Shown one piece after another: positions 55,828 to 64,000 of a stretch of 64,000 nucleotides of DNA. The notes below the pieces were generated by a model that had not been told where the DNA came from, did no database searches, and was given only the letters and a program-made list of their open reading frames with translations. The translations under genes and the position numbers were made by a program. Numbering within the stretch: position 1 is the first letter of the stretch; each line of letters opens with the position of its first letter. This DNA comes from Candidatus Bathyarchaeia archaeon (GTDB lineage: Archaea; Thermoproteota; Bathyarchaeia; Bathyarchaeales; Bathycorpusculaceae). The stretch spans positions 1-64,000 of the forward strand of contig JBMFOB010000005.1 of NCBI GenBank assembly GCA_049969855.1. Reading direction: 5' to 3'.

Positions 55828-56274
55828 ATGAAATGTCCATATTGCGGGTCTGAAAACATCAAAACCCTTGAAACAAGAGATTCGCCGGATAATGCGGTTA
55901 GGAGACGTAAGGAATGCGTAGACTGTGGAAAACGGTTCACGACTTATGAGTATGTGGAAGCAATCGAGCTTATGGTTAAAAAGAAAGACGGCGGACTTGA
56001 ACGCTTCGACTTAAACAAGATTGTTAGAGGTTTGCAGAAAGCCTGCGAGAAAAGACCCGTAACAATGGAGCAAATTCAAGGTTTAGCGGAACGTGTAAGG
56101 CAAGATTTGATGATGATGGGCAAAACCGAGGTTTCTTCACAAGAAATTGGAGATTTGGTTATGAAATACCTAAAAAATCTTGACCGTATCGCTTACATTC
56201 GCTTTGCTTCCGTTTACAGGCAATTTGAAGAGCCTGAAGATTTCCGCAAAGTGCTTTTAGAGGTGAAAAAATGA
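55828..56274 (+). CDS. nrdR: Transcriptional repressor NrdR
   Basis: MKCPYC...RRRKECVDCGKRFTTYE, ATP cone and AYIRFASVYRQF. Confidence 0.96.
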   Translation: MKCPYCGSENIKTLETRDSPDNAVRRRKECVDCGKRFTTYEYVEAIELMVKKKDGGLERFDLNKIVRGLQKACEKRPVTMEQIQGLAERVRQDLMMMGKTEVSSQEIGDLVMKYLKNLDRIAYIRFASVYRQFEEPEDFRKVLLEVKK

Positions 56275-58397
56275 AGTTTGTCAGAAAACGTGATGGAAGA
56301 TTAGAACCCTTCGACCAAGAACGCATAACAAATGCGATATGGAAAGCCGCAAAGGCCGTTGGCGGAAAAGACCGCGAACAAGCCAAGAAACTAAGCGACC
56401 AAGTTGTGGCTGAACTAAAGAAGCGCTTCGGAGAAGACGGAGTCCCAACAGTTGAGGAAATTCAGGATTTAGTTGAAAAGACGCTTATAGAGAATGGACA
56501 TGCAAGAACAGCTAAGGCTTATATCCTCTACAGAAAGCAACACCAAGACTTACGGGAGTTAGCCTCCCTATTAAGCTCAGCAGACCTAGTAGACCAATAC
56601 TTAGACATTGAAGACTGGCGGGTCCGCGAAAACTCAAACATGAGCTATTCACTGCAGGGCTTAAACAATTACCTATCCTCAACAGTCATAGCTAAATACT
56701 GGATAACAAGAATTTATCCGCCAGAAATTGCAGACGCCCACTTCTCAGGCGACATCCACATCCACAACCTCGGCGTACTGGGACCATACTGTGTAGGTTG
56801 GGACATTAAGGATTTGTTGCTTTCAGGATTCGGCGGAGTCCCGGGAAAAATTGAGAGCAAACCAGCAAAGCATTTCAGAACAGCCCTTGGACAAGTTGTT
56901 AACTTCTTCTATACACTTCAAGGCGAAGCGGCAGGAGCCCAAGCCTTCAGCAACTTCGACGTTTACCTTGCGCCCTTCATACATTATGATGGACTGAACA
57001 GGAAAGAAGTGGAACAGGCCCTTCAAGAATTCCTATTCAACATGAACGTGCCAACCCGCGTCGGATTTCAAACGCCGTTCACGAATATTACTTTGGATTT
57101 GACTGTTCCAGAATTCATGCGAGATGAACCAGTGATTATTGGCGGAGAAGTTATGAATGAAAATTATGGCGGCATGGAAAAAGAGATGGAAATGTTTAAT
57201 CAGGCTTATGCGGACATTATGGGTCAAGGTGATGCTAAGAGGCGGGTTTTCACTTTTCCAATACCAACATACAACATAACAAAAGATTTTGATTGGGACT
57301 CGCCGATAACTCAGAAAATTTTCGAAGTAACAGCAAAATATGGCGTGCCATACTTCTCAAATTTTGTAAACAGCGACATGAAACCAGAAGACGTCAGAAG
57401 CATGTGTTGCCGCTTAAGAATAGACAACAGAGAACTGCGAAAACGCGGCGGAGGCTTATTCGGAGCAAATCCGCTTACAGGCTCAATAGGAGTTGTAACA
57501 TTGAATCTTCCAAGAATTGGATATTTGACAAAGGATGAAGACGAATTTTTTGAACGCTTAGGAACGCTTATGGAAATCGCCAAAAACAGCCTAGAAATAA
57601 AGAGAAAAGCCCTAGAAAGCTTAACAGAGAATGGGCTTTATCCATACTCCAGACGTTACCTACACAATATTAAGGAAAGTTTTGGAAAATACTGGAAAAA
57701 CCACTTCTCAACCATAGGCTTGATTGGAATGAATGAGGCAATCATGAACCTTTTCGGTTATACGATAGCCACTCCAGAAGGGTTAGAATTCGCAAGAAAA
57801 GTACTCAATTTCATGCGGGAAAAACTTGCAGACTTCCAAGAGGAAACTGGAAACATATACAACTTAGAGGCAACACCAGCTGAAGGCACATCTTATAGGC
57901 TTGCACGCATAGACAAAAAGAAATATCCAGACATAATTGTGGCTAACGAAAAACACTTAGCCAATGGAGCTGAACCCTTCTACACGAATTCCTCCCAGTT
58001 GCCAGTGGATTATGAAGGAGACCTCTTCGAAGCCCTAGAACATCAGGAAAAGCTGCAAACGCTTTACACTGGCGGAACAGTTTTCCACATTTACCTCGGC
58101 GAAAGACTTTATTCATGGGAAACAGCGGCGGAACTAATCCGAAAAGTGGCTTGGAACACAACCCTACCATACTTCACTTTGACGCCAACCTTCAGCGTCT
58201 GCCCAACCCACGGCTACATAAACGGAGAACACAAACAATGCCCAACTTGCGGAGCAAACTGCGAAGTCTATTCGCGGGTTGTAGGCTACTTAAGACCAGT
58301 AGACCAGTGGAATGATGGAAAACAAGCAGAATTTGCCATACGCAGAACATTTGACAAATCAGTCATTGTGCCAACAGCAGTGATTCCAGCCAAGTGA
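56271..58397 (+). CDS. nrdD: Anaerobic (class III) ribonucleoside-triphosphate reductase
   Basis: ATP cone, SMCCRL, TPAEGTSYRLA and YSRVVGYLRP glycyl radical motif. Confidence 0.96.
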   Translation: MKFVRKRDGRLEPFDQERITNAIWKAAKAVGGKDREQAKKLSDQVVAELKKRFGEDGVPTVEEIQDLVEKTLIENGHARTAKAYILYRKQHQDLRELASLLSSADLVDQYLDIEDWRVRENSNMSYSLQGLNNYLSSTVIAKYWITRIYPPEIADAHFSGDIHIHNLGVLGPYCVGWDIKDLLLSGFGGVPGKIESKPAKHFRTALGQVVNFFYTLQGEAAGAQAFSNFDVYLAPFIHYDGLNRKEVEQALQEFLFNMNVPTRVGFQTPFTNITLDLTVPEFMRDEPVIIGGEVMNENYGGMEKEMEMFNQAYADIMGQGDAKRRVFTFPIPTYNITKDFDWDSPITQKIFEVTAKYGVPYFSNFVNSDMKPEDVRSMCCRLRIDNRELRKRGGGLFGANPLTGSIGVVTLNLPRIGYLTKDEDEFFERLGTLMEIAKNSLEIKRKALESLTENGLYPYSRRYLHNIKESFGKYWKNHFSTIGLIGMNEAIMNLFGYTIATPEGLEFARKVLNFMREKLADFQEETGNIYNLEATPAEGTSYRLARIDKKKYPDIIVANEKHLANGAEPFYTNSSQLPVDYEGDLFEALEHQEKLQTLYTGGTVFHIYLGERLYSWETAAELIRKVAWNTTLPYFTLTPTFSVCPTHGYINGEHKQCPTCGANCEVYSRVVGYLRPVDQWNDGKQAEFAIRRTFDKSVIVPTAVIPAK

Positions 58398-58404
58398 AAA
58401 CTCT

Positions 58405-59082
58405 ATGAAGTTCAGCGGCATCCAAAAAACAAGCCTAATAGACTATCCAAAAAGAATAGCCTCAATCCTCTTCACGCCAGGCTGCAACTTACGCTGTCCA
58501 TACTGCCATAATTGGCGAATAGTTTTAAACCCAAAACCACCATTCCTAAACGAAGAAACAGCCATCAACATCCTTGAATCCCGCAAAAAATATGTAGATG
58601 CAGTGGTTATAACTGGCGGAGAACCAACAAACCATAAAGAAATCCCAAAATTTCTAAAAAAGCTCAAGGAAAAGGGATTCGCAGTAAAACTTGACACTAA
58701 TGGGTTTAACTCAAGCGTCCTCGAAGAAAGCTTACCCTACGTGGATTACGTTGCCCTAGACGTGAAAACCTCTCTGGAAAAATATCCAAAACTAGGAGCA
58801 AAAGACACAAAAGATTTTCTGCACTCTATTGAAATTTTGAAAAGCGGCAAAGTTGAATATGAATTTAGGACAACTGTTGTTCCAGGCTTAGTGGATGCGG
58901 AAGACATTCCAAAAATAGGCGAACTCGTAAAAGGCGCAAAAACCTTCGCCTTCCAACAATTTATTCCAGGAGACACACTGGACAAAACTTTTAGCACGCT
59001 TAAACCATACTCGCCAGAAAAAATCGCTGGTTTCGCTGAAATCATGAAAAAATATGTTAATGAAATAATACTTAGAATTTGA
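58405..59082 (+). CDS. nrdG: Anaerobic RNR activating protein (radical SAM)
   Basis: GCNLRCPYCHN, TGGEP and LDTNG. Confidence 0.93.
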   Translation: MKFSGIQKTSLIDYPKRIASILFTPGCNLRCPYCHNWRIVLNPKPPFLNEETAINILESRKKYVDAVVITGGEPTNHKEIPKFLKKLKEKGFAVKLDTNGFNSSVLEESLPYVDYVALDVKTSLEKYPKLGAKDTKDFLHSIEILKSGKVEYEFRTTVVPGLVDAEDIPKIGELVKGAKTFAFQQFIPGDTLDKTFSTLKPYSPEKIAGFAEIMKKYVNEIILRI

Positions 59083-59101
59083 AAATAAAATAATGGGGAA
59101 T

Positions 59102-60484
59102 TTAGTAGGCGGAGATTCCGACAAAGCGTAGTTTCTTCAATTTCATTATTGGAACAGTTGTTTCTTCAACCATTTCCAACTCTTTGCCGATCATTGGTAT
59201 GTCCTTAAAGGCTGAGAGCATGCTGTCAGTGAAACGCATGTTAACAATTGGCTTGGAGATTTCACCCTTTTCTATTAGGAATGTGCCATCCCTTGTAAGT
59301 CCAGTCAAAATGGCTTTGGTTGGCTCCACTGGATTAACGTAATGGAATGTTGTTACGAGTATGCCATGTTTTGTTTCTGAAATGGCTTCTTCCAGAGTTG
59401 AGTCTCCAGCCTCAACTATCACATTGAAGGGCATTGGCATTTCACCATAATATGCACCTATCGGAGGAAAAGCATGCCCAGTGCTCTTCTTGTTTTCTTT
59501 CCCAGCGGTAAAAGAGTTGTAGCAAATGCTATTTTCTGAAACCACACCTTTGTTTATCAAATCTAAAGTCTTTTTTGGAACCCCTTCGCCGTCGATTGGC
59601 AGTGCATAAAGTGTTTTCGGATTTCTGGCATCATCCCTAACAGTGAGTTTACCATCGAAGACCTGTTGGTTTAGGCAGTATTTAACAAAGGATTGCCCAT
59701 CCTGGTATGGTGTAGCTGAAAAACCAATGTAGCCTAAATACGCTATAAGCGCAGAAACAGCCAGCGGTGACAAAACAACTTCATATTCTCCAGGCTCAAG
59801 CTTAACTGGGTTTAAGCTTTTAACAGATTTTTCCGCAGCATCTTCAGCCAATAAGGAAGGCTTAATGTCTTTAACATTTCTGGAATATTTTTCAGCCGTT
59901 CCAAAGCCCTCGGAAGCTCCAGACTGCGAAATGACTGTGGCTTTCATGTAAGTTATGGACATTTCAGCCCAAGCTGATACTCCAAGCGAATTGGCTACGG
60001 CATAGGCTAAAGAACCCGTGTTAAAGAATCCTGCAACAGCCCTCACAAAGCGAGATTTTGAATGGGCTGTTTCGATGGCTTCCTTAACCTTTTCCGCCCT
60101 ATATTTGGGTTCGCAGTTTGCAGTTTCTTTATCAAAGGCTCCTTTTATAGGCGTCCACTTTTCTGGTTCTGGAAGGCTTCTGAACTCCTTATTTGGCGGA
60201 GAAGCCTTAGCAATTTTAACCGCTTGCTCAACAGCCTTTTCGATTTCTTTTTCTTCCAAAGTGTTAACTTGAATTGTGCTAATTCTCTTGTTTAGAATAA
60301 CTTTGATATTTACGCCGCCAGATTTTCTCGCCACATTCTGATGCACCTGAGAATTGGCAAACCTTGTCAAAGAATTATCCATAATAAATGCTGAAGCCTG
60401 CGCTTGATCCGCTTTCTGTTTAACAGCATACTTGACGGTTTTTTCAGCTATTTCCCTTAATCTTTCTGTAACCATAACTTTCAC
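59102..60484 (-). CDS. pmbA: TldE/PmbA family protein
   Basis: TRFANSQVHQN, PGEYEVVL, DGEGVP and TGLTRDG. Confidence 0.88.
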   Translation of the reverse strand: MKVMVTERLREIAEKTVKYAVKQKADQAQASAFIMDNSLTRFANSQVHQNVARKSGGVNIKVILNKRISTIQVNTLEEKEIEKAVEQAVKIAKASPPNKEFRSLPEPEKWTPIKGAFDKETANCEPKYRAEKVKEAIETAHSKSRFVRAVAGFFNTGSLAYAVANSLGVSAWAEMSITYMKATVISQSGASEGFGTAEKYSRNVKDIKPSLLAEDAAEKSVKSLNPVKLEPGEYEVVLSPLAVSALIAYLGYIGFSATPYQDGQSFVKYCLNQQVFDGKLTVRDDARNPKTLYALPIDGEGVPKKTLDLINKGVVSENSICYNSFTAGKENKKSTGHAFPPIGAYYGEMPMPFNVIVEAGDSTLEEAISETKHGILVTTFHYVNPVEPTKAILTGLTRDGTFLIEKGEISKPIVNMRFTDSMLSAFKDIPMIGKELEMVEETTVPIMKLKKLRFVGISAY

Positions 60485-60487
60485 CCT

Positions 60488-61951
60488 CTACTTTATTAGT
60501 CCAACCCTCACTTTACGGAAGCGGGCTGTTCCACAGCCATGTCCAACATACATAACTTGTCCAGGCACTCCCTTGCCGCAGTTAGGCGTACCCCACATTT
60601 TCCAGTCATCCTTGCTTACAGCGTCGCAGGAACCCCAAAATTGTGGAGTAACTCCCATGTATGTTGGATTCTTAATCATTTTTTCTCTGCTGCCATTTTT
60701 TATTCTCCAGCCGATTTCTGTGCCAAACTGGAAGTTTACTCTTTTATCGTCTATGCTCCAAGAACGGTTGGTGGTTATAAGAATGCCGTCCTTTGTGTCT
60801 TCAATGATTTCTTCAGCTTTCCAGTCGCCGGGAAGCAAATTAATGTTTGTCATTCGTATTATTGGCAAAGCCAAAGGCGAGTCTGCCCTCATTCCGCCGC
60901 TGCTTTCTTTAAGATTTAACTCAGCCGCAGATTCACGGGAGCTTTGGTATCCAACAAAGATTCCTTCCTTAATTAGGTAAACTCTCTTTGCCTGCACGCC
61001 TTCGTCGTCGAAGCCAAAAGTTCCAAGCCCTTTCGGAACTGTGGCATCAGCGACAATGTTTACCTTTTCTGAGCCATACCTGAATTTTCCAAGTTTTTCA
61101 GGCGTTAAGAAGCTTGTTCCAGCATAGTCAGCCTCTGTTCCAAGCGCTCTGTCAAGCTCTGTTGGGTGACCGCAACTTTCATGGATTTGGAGGGCAAGCT
61201 GATCGCCGTTTAAAATTAAATCCATCTCTCCAGAAGGACACTTTTCAGCTTCAAAAAGCATCAAAAGCTCTTTTCCAACTTCCTCTGCATGGTCAATTAG
61301 GGTTAAGGATTCAAAGAACTCGTAGCCGCTTGTTGCAAAGTCCCCCCTAAAAGCAGATGGGTAAGATCTTGTTTGCATTTCTCCATTCTTAACAGCTATC
61401 GCTGACAAGCCGCCGCCACACCAAGTTATCTGCTGATTAATCTCTGCCCCTTCGCTGCTCATGAAAAGCTTGTTCTCCCTAAATCCGTGATAGAAGGCGT
61501 AAGAAGCCCTTATTAGCGGCGAGTATTCCTTGAGGATTCTTCCGGCTTGAACTAGTACGTTTAGTTTTTCTTCTAATGGAACATTGAATGGGTCCTTTTT
61601 GAAACTTGTGGAGTACCTGCCTTTCTCAGCTTTTTCCTTTATCAAAACTGCCTCTTTCTTCTTCAGCAAAGCACTCGCCTTAGCAATGCTAACAGCCCTA
61701 TCAACAGTCTTGGAAATTTCCTCTTTGTTCACATCAACAGAACCGGCAAAACCCCATGCGCCATTCACTATAACGCGAACACCAAACCCTTTAGTTTGCG
61801 AAAAACTGACAGCTTCTGGCTCGCCGTTTTTGACAGTTAGGCTTTCATTGAGAATTTCGCTTATCCTAATGTCAGCGTATGAAGCACCCTTTTTCTCAGC
61901 TTCGTTTAAGGCTATTTTTCCATAATCCACACTCATGTTAAGCACATCCAA
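60488..61951 (-). CDS. tldD: TldD family metalloprotease
   Basis: HESCGHPTELD, DDEGV, RMTN and CGKG. Confidence 0.93.
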   Translation of the reverse strand: MDVLNMSVDYGKIALNEAEKKGASYADIRISEILNESLTVKNGEPEAVSFSQTKGFGVRVIVNGAWGFAGSVDVNKEEISKTVDRAVSIAKASALLKKKEAVLIKEKAEKGRYSTSFKKDPFNVPLEEKLNVLVQAGRILKEYSPLIRASYAFYHGFRENKLFMSSEGAEINQQITWCGGGLSAIAVKNGEMQTRSYPSAFRGDFATSGYEFFESLTLIDHAEEVGKELLMLFEAEKCPSGEMDLILNGDQLALQIHESCGHPTELDRALGTEADYAGTSFLTPEKLGKFRYGSEKVNIVADATVPKGLGTFGFDDEGVQAKRVYLIKEGIFVGYQSSRESAAELNLKESSGGMRADSPLALPIIRMTNINLLPGDWKAEEIIEDTKDGILITTNRSWSIDDKRVNFQFGTEIGWRIKNGSREKMIKNPTYMGVTPQFWGSCDAVSKDDWKMWGTPNCGKGVPGQVMYVGHGCGTARFRKVRVGLIK

Positions 61952-62068
61952 ACTTTTGAGAAGAAATTAAATATGCCGATTTCACTTTTAACTTTTGGCT
62001 TAAGCGTAAAGTTTAAGGGTTAATCCATCATTTAGGTTTCGAATACTCCCCAACATGAGGTTTAAAGT

Positions 62069-62620
62069 TTGAGTGTAGAAGAAGAAAGCCTAGAAGAGCG
62101 TAAAGCAAAAGTTTTGATAAAACTCAGAGGATACAAGCTTATTAAAAAAGAAAAACATAAAGAAAATATCAGCTACATTGTGGAAGCGCCAAAAGAAAAA
62201 CAAAAAATCCTCATATGGTGCACCCCAGAAGAAGCCACAGTTGGCATAACATCAATAAGCCTCATGCAAAAAGCCATGAAAGAAGCCAACGTGGACATGG
62301 GAATAATGGTAACAAGCGGCAGATATACGCATGCGGTGAAACAAAGCGCAAAAAAAAGGAAAATAGAACTTTTACCAAGAACCTTCCCAGCCTTCGACAT
62401 CTTCGAACACCAACTTGTTCCAAAACACGAAATCCTAACCCAAGAGGAAAAAGAAAAAATATTAGCACAATACAAGGTTCAACCCTACCAACTACCACAG
62501 ATTAAGGCTTCAGACCCAGCGGTTAAAGCCATAGGTGCAAAACCAGGCGATATACTGCGAATAATAAGAAAAAGCCCAACAGCAGGACAACACATAGCCT
62601 ACCGCTACGTAGTAGAATAA
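62069..62620 (+). CDS. rpo5: DNA-directed RNA polymerase subunit Rpo5 (H) with extra N-terminal domain
   Basis: [21 protein letters not shown] and RKSPTAG..IAYRYV; ~105-aa N-terminal extension. Confidence 0.93.
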   Translation: MSVEEESLEERKAKVLIKLRGYKLIKKEKHKENISYIVEAPKEKQKILIWCTPEEATVGITSISLMQKAMKEANVDMGIMVTSGRYTHAVKQSAKKRKIELLPRTFPAFDIFEHQLVPKHEILTQEEKEKILAQYKVQPYQLPQIKASDPAVKAIGAKPGDILRIIRKSPTAGQHIAYRYVVE

Positions 62621-62679
62621 AACAAAACAGCCGATACCTATCGCTTCAATGAACACTAAAGCGTTTTTTAAGCAAAAAC

Positions 62680-63525
62680 TCACTCACTATCATATAAGAT
62701 GACCACTATAAACTCTCGAACGTAAACTTGCCCAAACCCAGGATGGTTATACCAAAGCCCATTCCCTATTGTTGCTTCGAAGACTCTGTCGTTTTGCGGT
62801 TCTATATATCTGAGGCCTTCTTGGCATATTATTGCGTTGAAGGCATGGTTAAACTCCCTTCCATCGCTGAGGTTTCCGAGAACACAGACTACTCCCATGT
62901 CCCAATGTTTCAGTTTTGCGTGCATGTGAAGCATTACAGCATAGTCGCCGCATACAAAGTCGGGATATGTATAAGTTATCTCGTTAGTTGGGTCTTCTGT
63001 AAGCCACTGCGTTAGTTCATCGACTGTTGGCACAACCTTATCTTTCGACAACAGAGGTTCGTAAAATGCAGCATAAAGCACATCATACTCGTCTTTGAGC
63101 TTAGTGTAATTTTGCAAGAGTGATTGGTAGCTCTGCGTAAGCTCCTGGTACTGGCTTAAAAGTTCCGTATAGTTTGAGGCTACACTCTCAAGTTCTGTGT
63201 AATTTTGCAGAAGCGAATAATAGGTTTCATTAAGCGAAGTGTAGGCGACCATTAAGTTGACATAGTTTGTTAAGACATTCTGGTATTCGGTTGAAAGCTC
63301 CGTGTAGTTTTGTACGAGTGTATAATGCGTTTGGTTAAGCGAATTGAACTCTCCAGAAAGTTTTTGGTACTCGTCCAGCAATTCCGCATTTTCAATGTCT
63401 AATGCATGGTAGGATTCGCTGAGGCTTTGAAGCTCTGCTTTAAGCCTTAAATTCTCGAAGCCTAAAAACGCTATTAATGCCAACGATATCATGAAAAAGG
63501 CTAAAAGAAGTTTAAACTTAATCAA
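62680..63525 (-). CDS. Membrane-anchored coiled-coil protein with transglutaminase-like cysteine protease domain
   Basis: TM helix, Y/L heptad repeats, then FVCGDYA, HAFNA and YIEPQ. Confidence 0.75.
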   Translation of the reverse strand: MIKFKLLLAFFMISLALIAFLGFENLRLKAELQSLSESYHALDIENAELLDEYQKLSGEFNSLNQTHYTLVQNYTELSTEYQNVLTNYVNLMVAYTSLNETYYSLLQNYTELESVASNYTELLSQYQELTQSYQSLLQNYTKLKDEYDVLYAAFYEPLLSKDKVVPTVDELTQWLTEDPTNEITYTYPDFVCGDYAVMLHMHAKLKHWDMGVVCVLGNLSDGREFNHAFNAIICQEGLRYIEPQNDRVFEATIGNGLWYNHPGFGQVYVREFIVVILYDSE

Positions 63526-63586
63526 CGAATTTCACCTTCACTGGATAAAAGCCTTCAAAGTATTTTGCATTTTCTCTCAGAATTGA

Positions 63587-63934
63587 CTATTCTTCAGTGC
63601 GATTTACACTTGCAAGCGCCTTACTTAGACGGTCTTCCACATGCTTATACTCTTCAAGCAAGCTTTCACCAAGCGTTGTAAGCTTTGCGCCTCCTCCGCC
63701 CATTTTGCCGCCTCTGAAAGTTTCCACAACTGGTTCGCCCAGTGCCTTCTTAATCCTTTGCAGATAACTCCAAACGTAACGGTAAGACATTCCAAGTTTT
63801 TCTGCAGCTTTTGAAATTGATTTTTCCTTTTCTATTTCTTCTAGAATTTGGGCTCCACCCTTGCCTAGGACTGGTTTTCCTTCATACTCAACCCATACTT
63901 TGCAGGAAAATTTGTGTTTTTTGTCGGTTGGCAT
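63587..63934 (-). CDS. ModE-type winged-helix regulator
   Basis: SISKAAEKLGMSYRYVW and GGKMGGGAKLT. Confidence 0.88.
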   Translation of the reverse strand: MPTDKKHKFSCKVWVEYEGKPVLGKGGAQILEEIEKEKSISKAAEKLGMSYRYVWSYLQRIKKALGEPVVETFRGGKMGGGGAKLTTLGESLLEEYKHVEDRLSKALASVNRTEE

Positions 63935-64000
63935 TGTGTATTTTTATGGTTGCGCAATGCTTATAAGCCATTGGGAAGATACCGTTATGAACAAGTAAAC

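Noticed and set aside
55828-59082. nrdD/nrdG as viral auxiliary genes
   Set aside because: About 7.5 kb outside the cluster, among host genes and under NrdR control.
63060-63450. Short periodic repeats as CRISPR or VNTR
   Set aside because: They are degenerate coiled-coil heptads within a CDS; no CRISPR array was seen anywhere in the window.

Overview
Archaeal chromosomal fragment, most likely Bathyarchaeia (inferred from a two-domain Rpo5, PEF-CTERM surface proteins, DUF3227/NitrOD5-like proteins and frequent TTG/GTG starts). Bases 1-22.3 kb and 48.4-64 kb are housekeeping: MtaB-like methylthiotransferase, cdrS-ftsZ, metG, dapA, trm1, rubrerythrin, rnhB, fibrillarin/nop5, pyrD/pyrK, ileS, a PAS/GAF histidine kinase with response regulator, nrdR-nrdD-nrdG, tldD/pmbA and rpo5. 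Three tRNAs (Ala-CGC, Arg-TCG, intron-containing Ile-GAT) and mscL lie at 22.3-23.8 kb. Between about 25.3 and 48.3 kb is an almost entirely minus-strand head-tail particle module. It encodes a prohead protease, decoration protein, HK97 capsid protein, portal, neck proteins, tail tube, a tail chaperone with an intact -1 frameshift site, a very short (181 aa) tape measure, a hub, fibre-like genes, TerS/TerL and an ABC-ATPase-GNAT fusion. I can see no integrase, att repeats or replication genes, and host-type genes are inserted between sub-operons. The best reading is a domesticated, gene-transfer-agent-like particle system; the alternative is a decaying provirus. All functional calls come from motif recognition only; no database searches were run.
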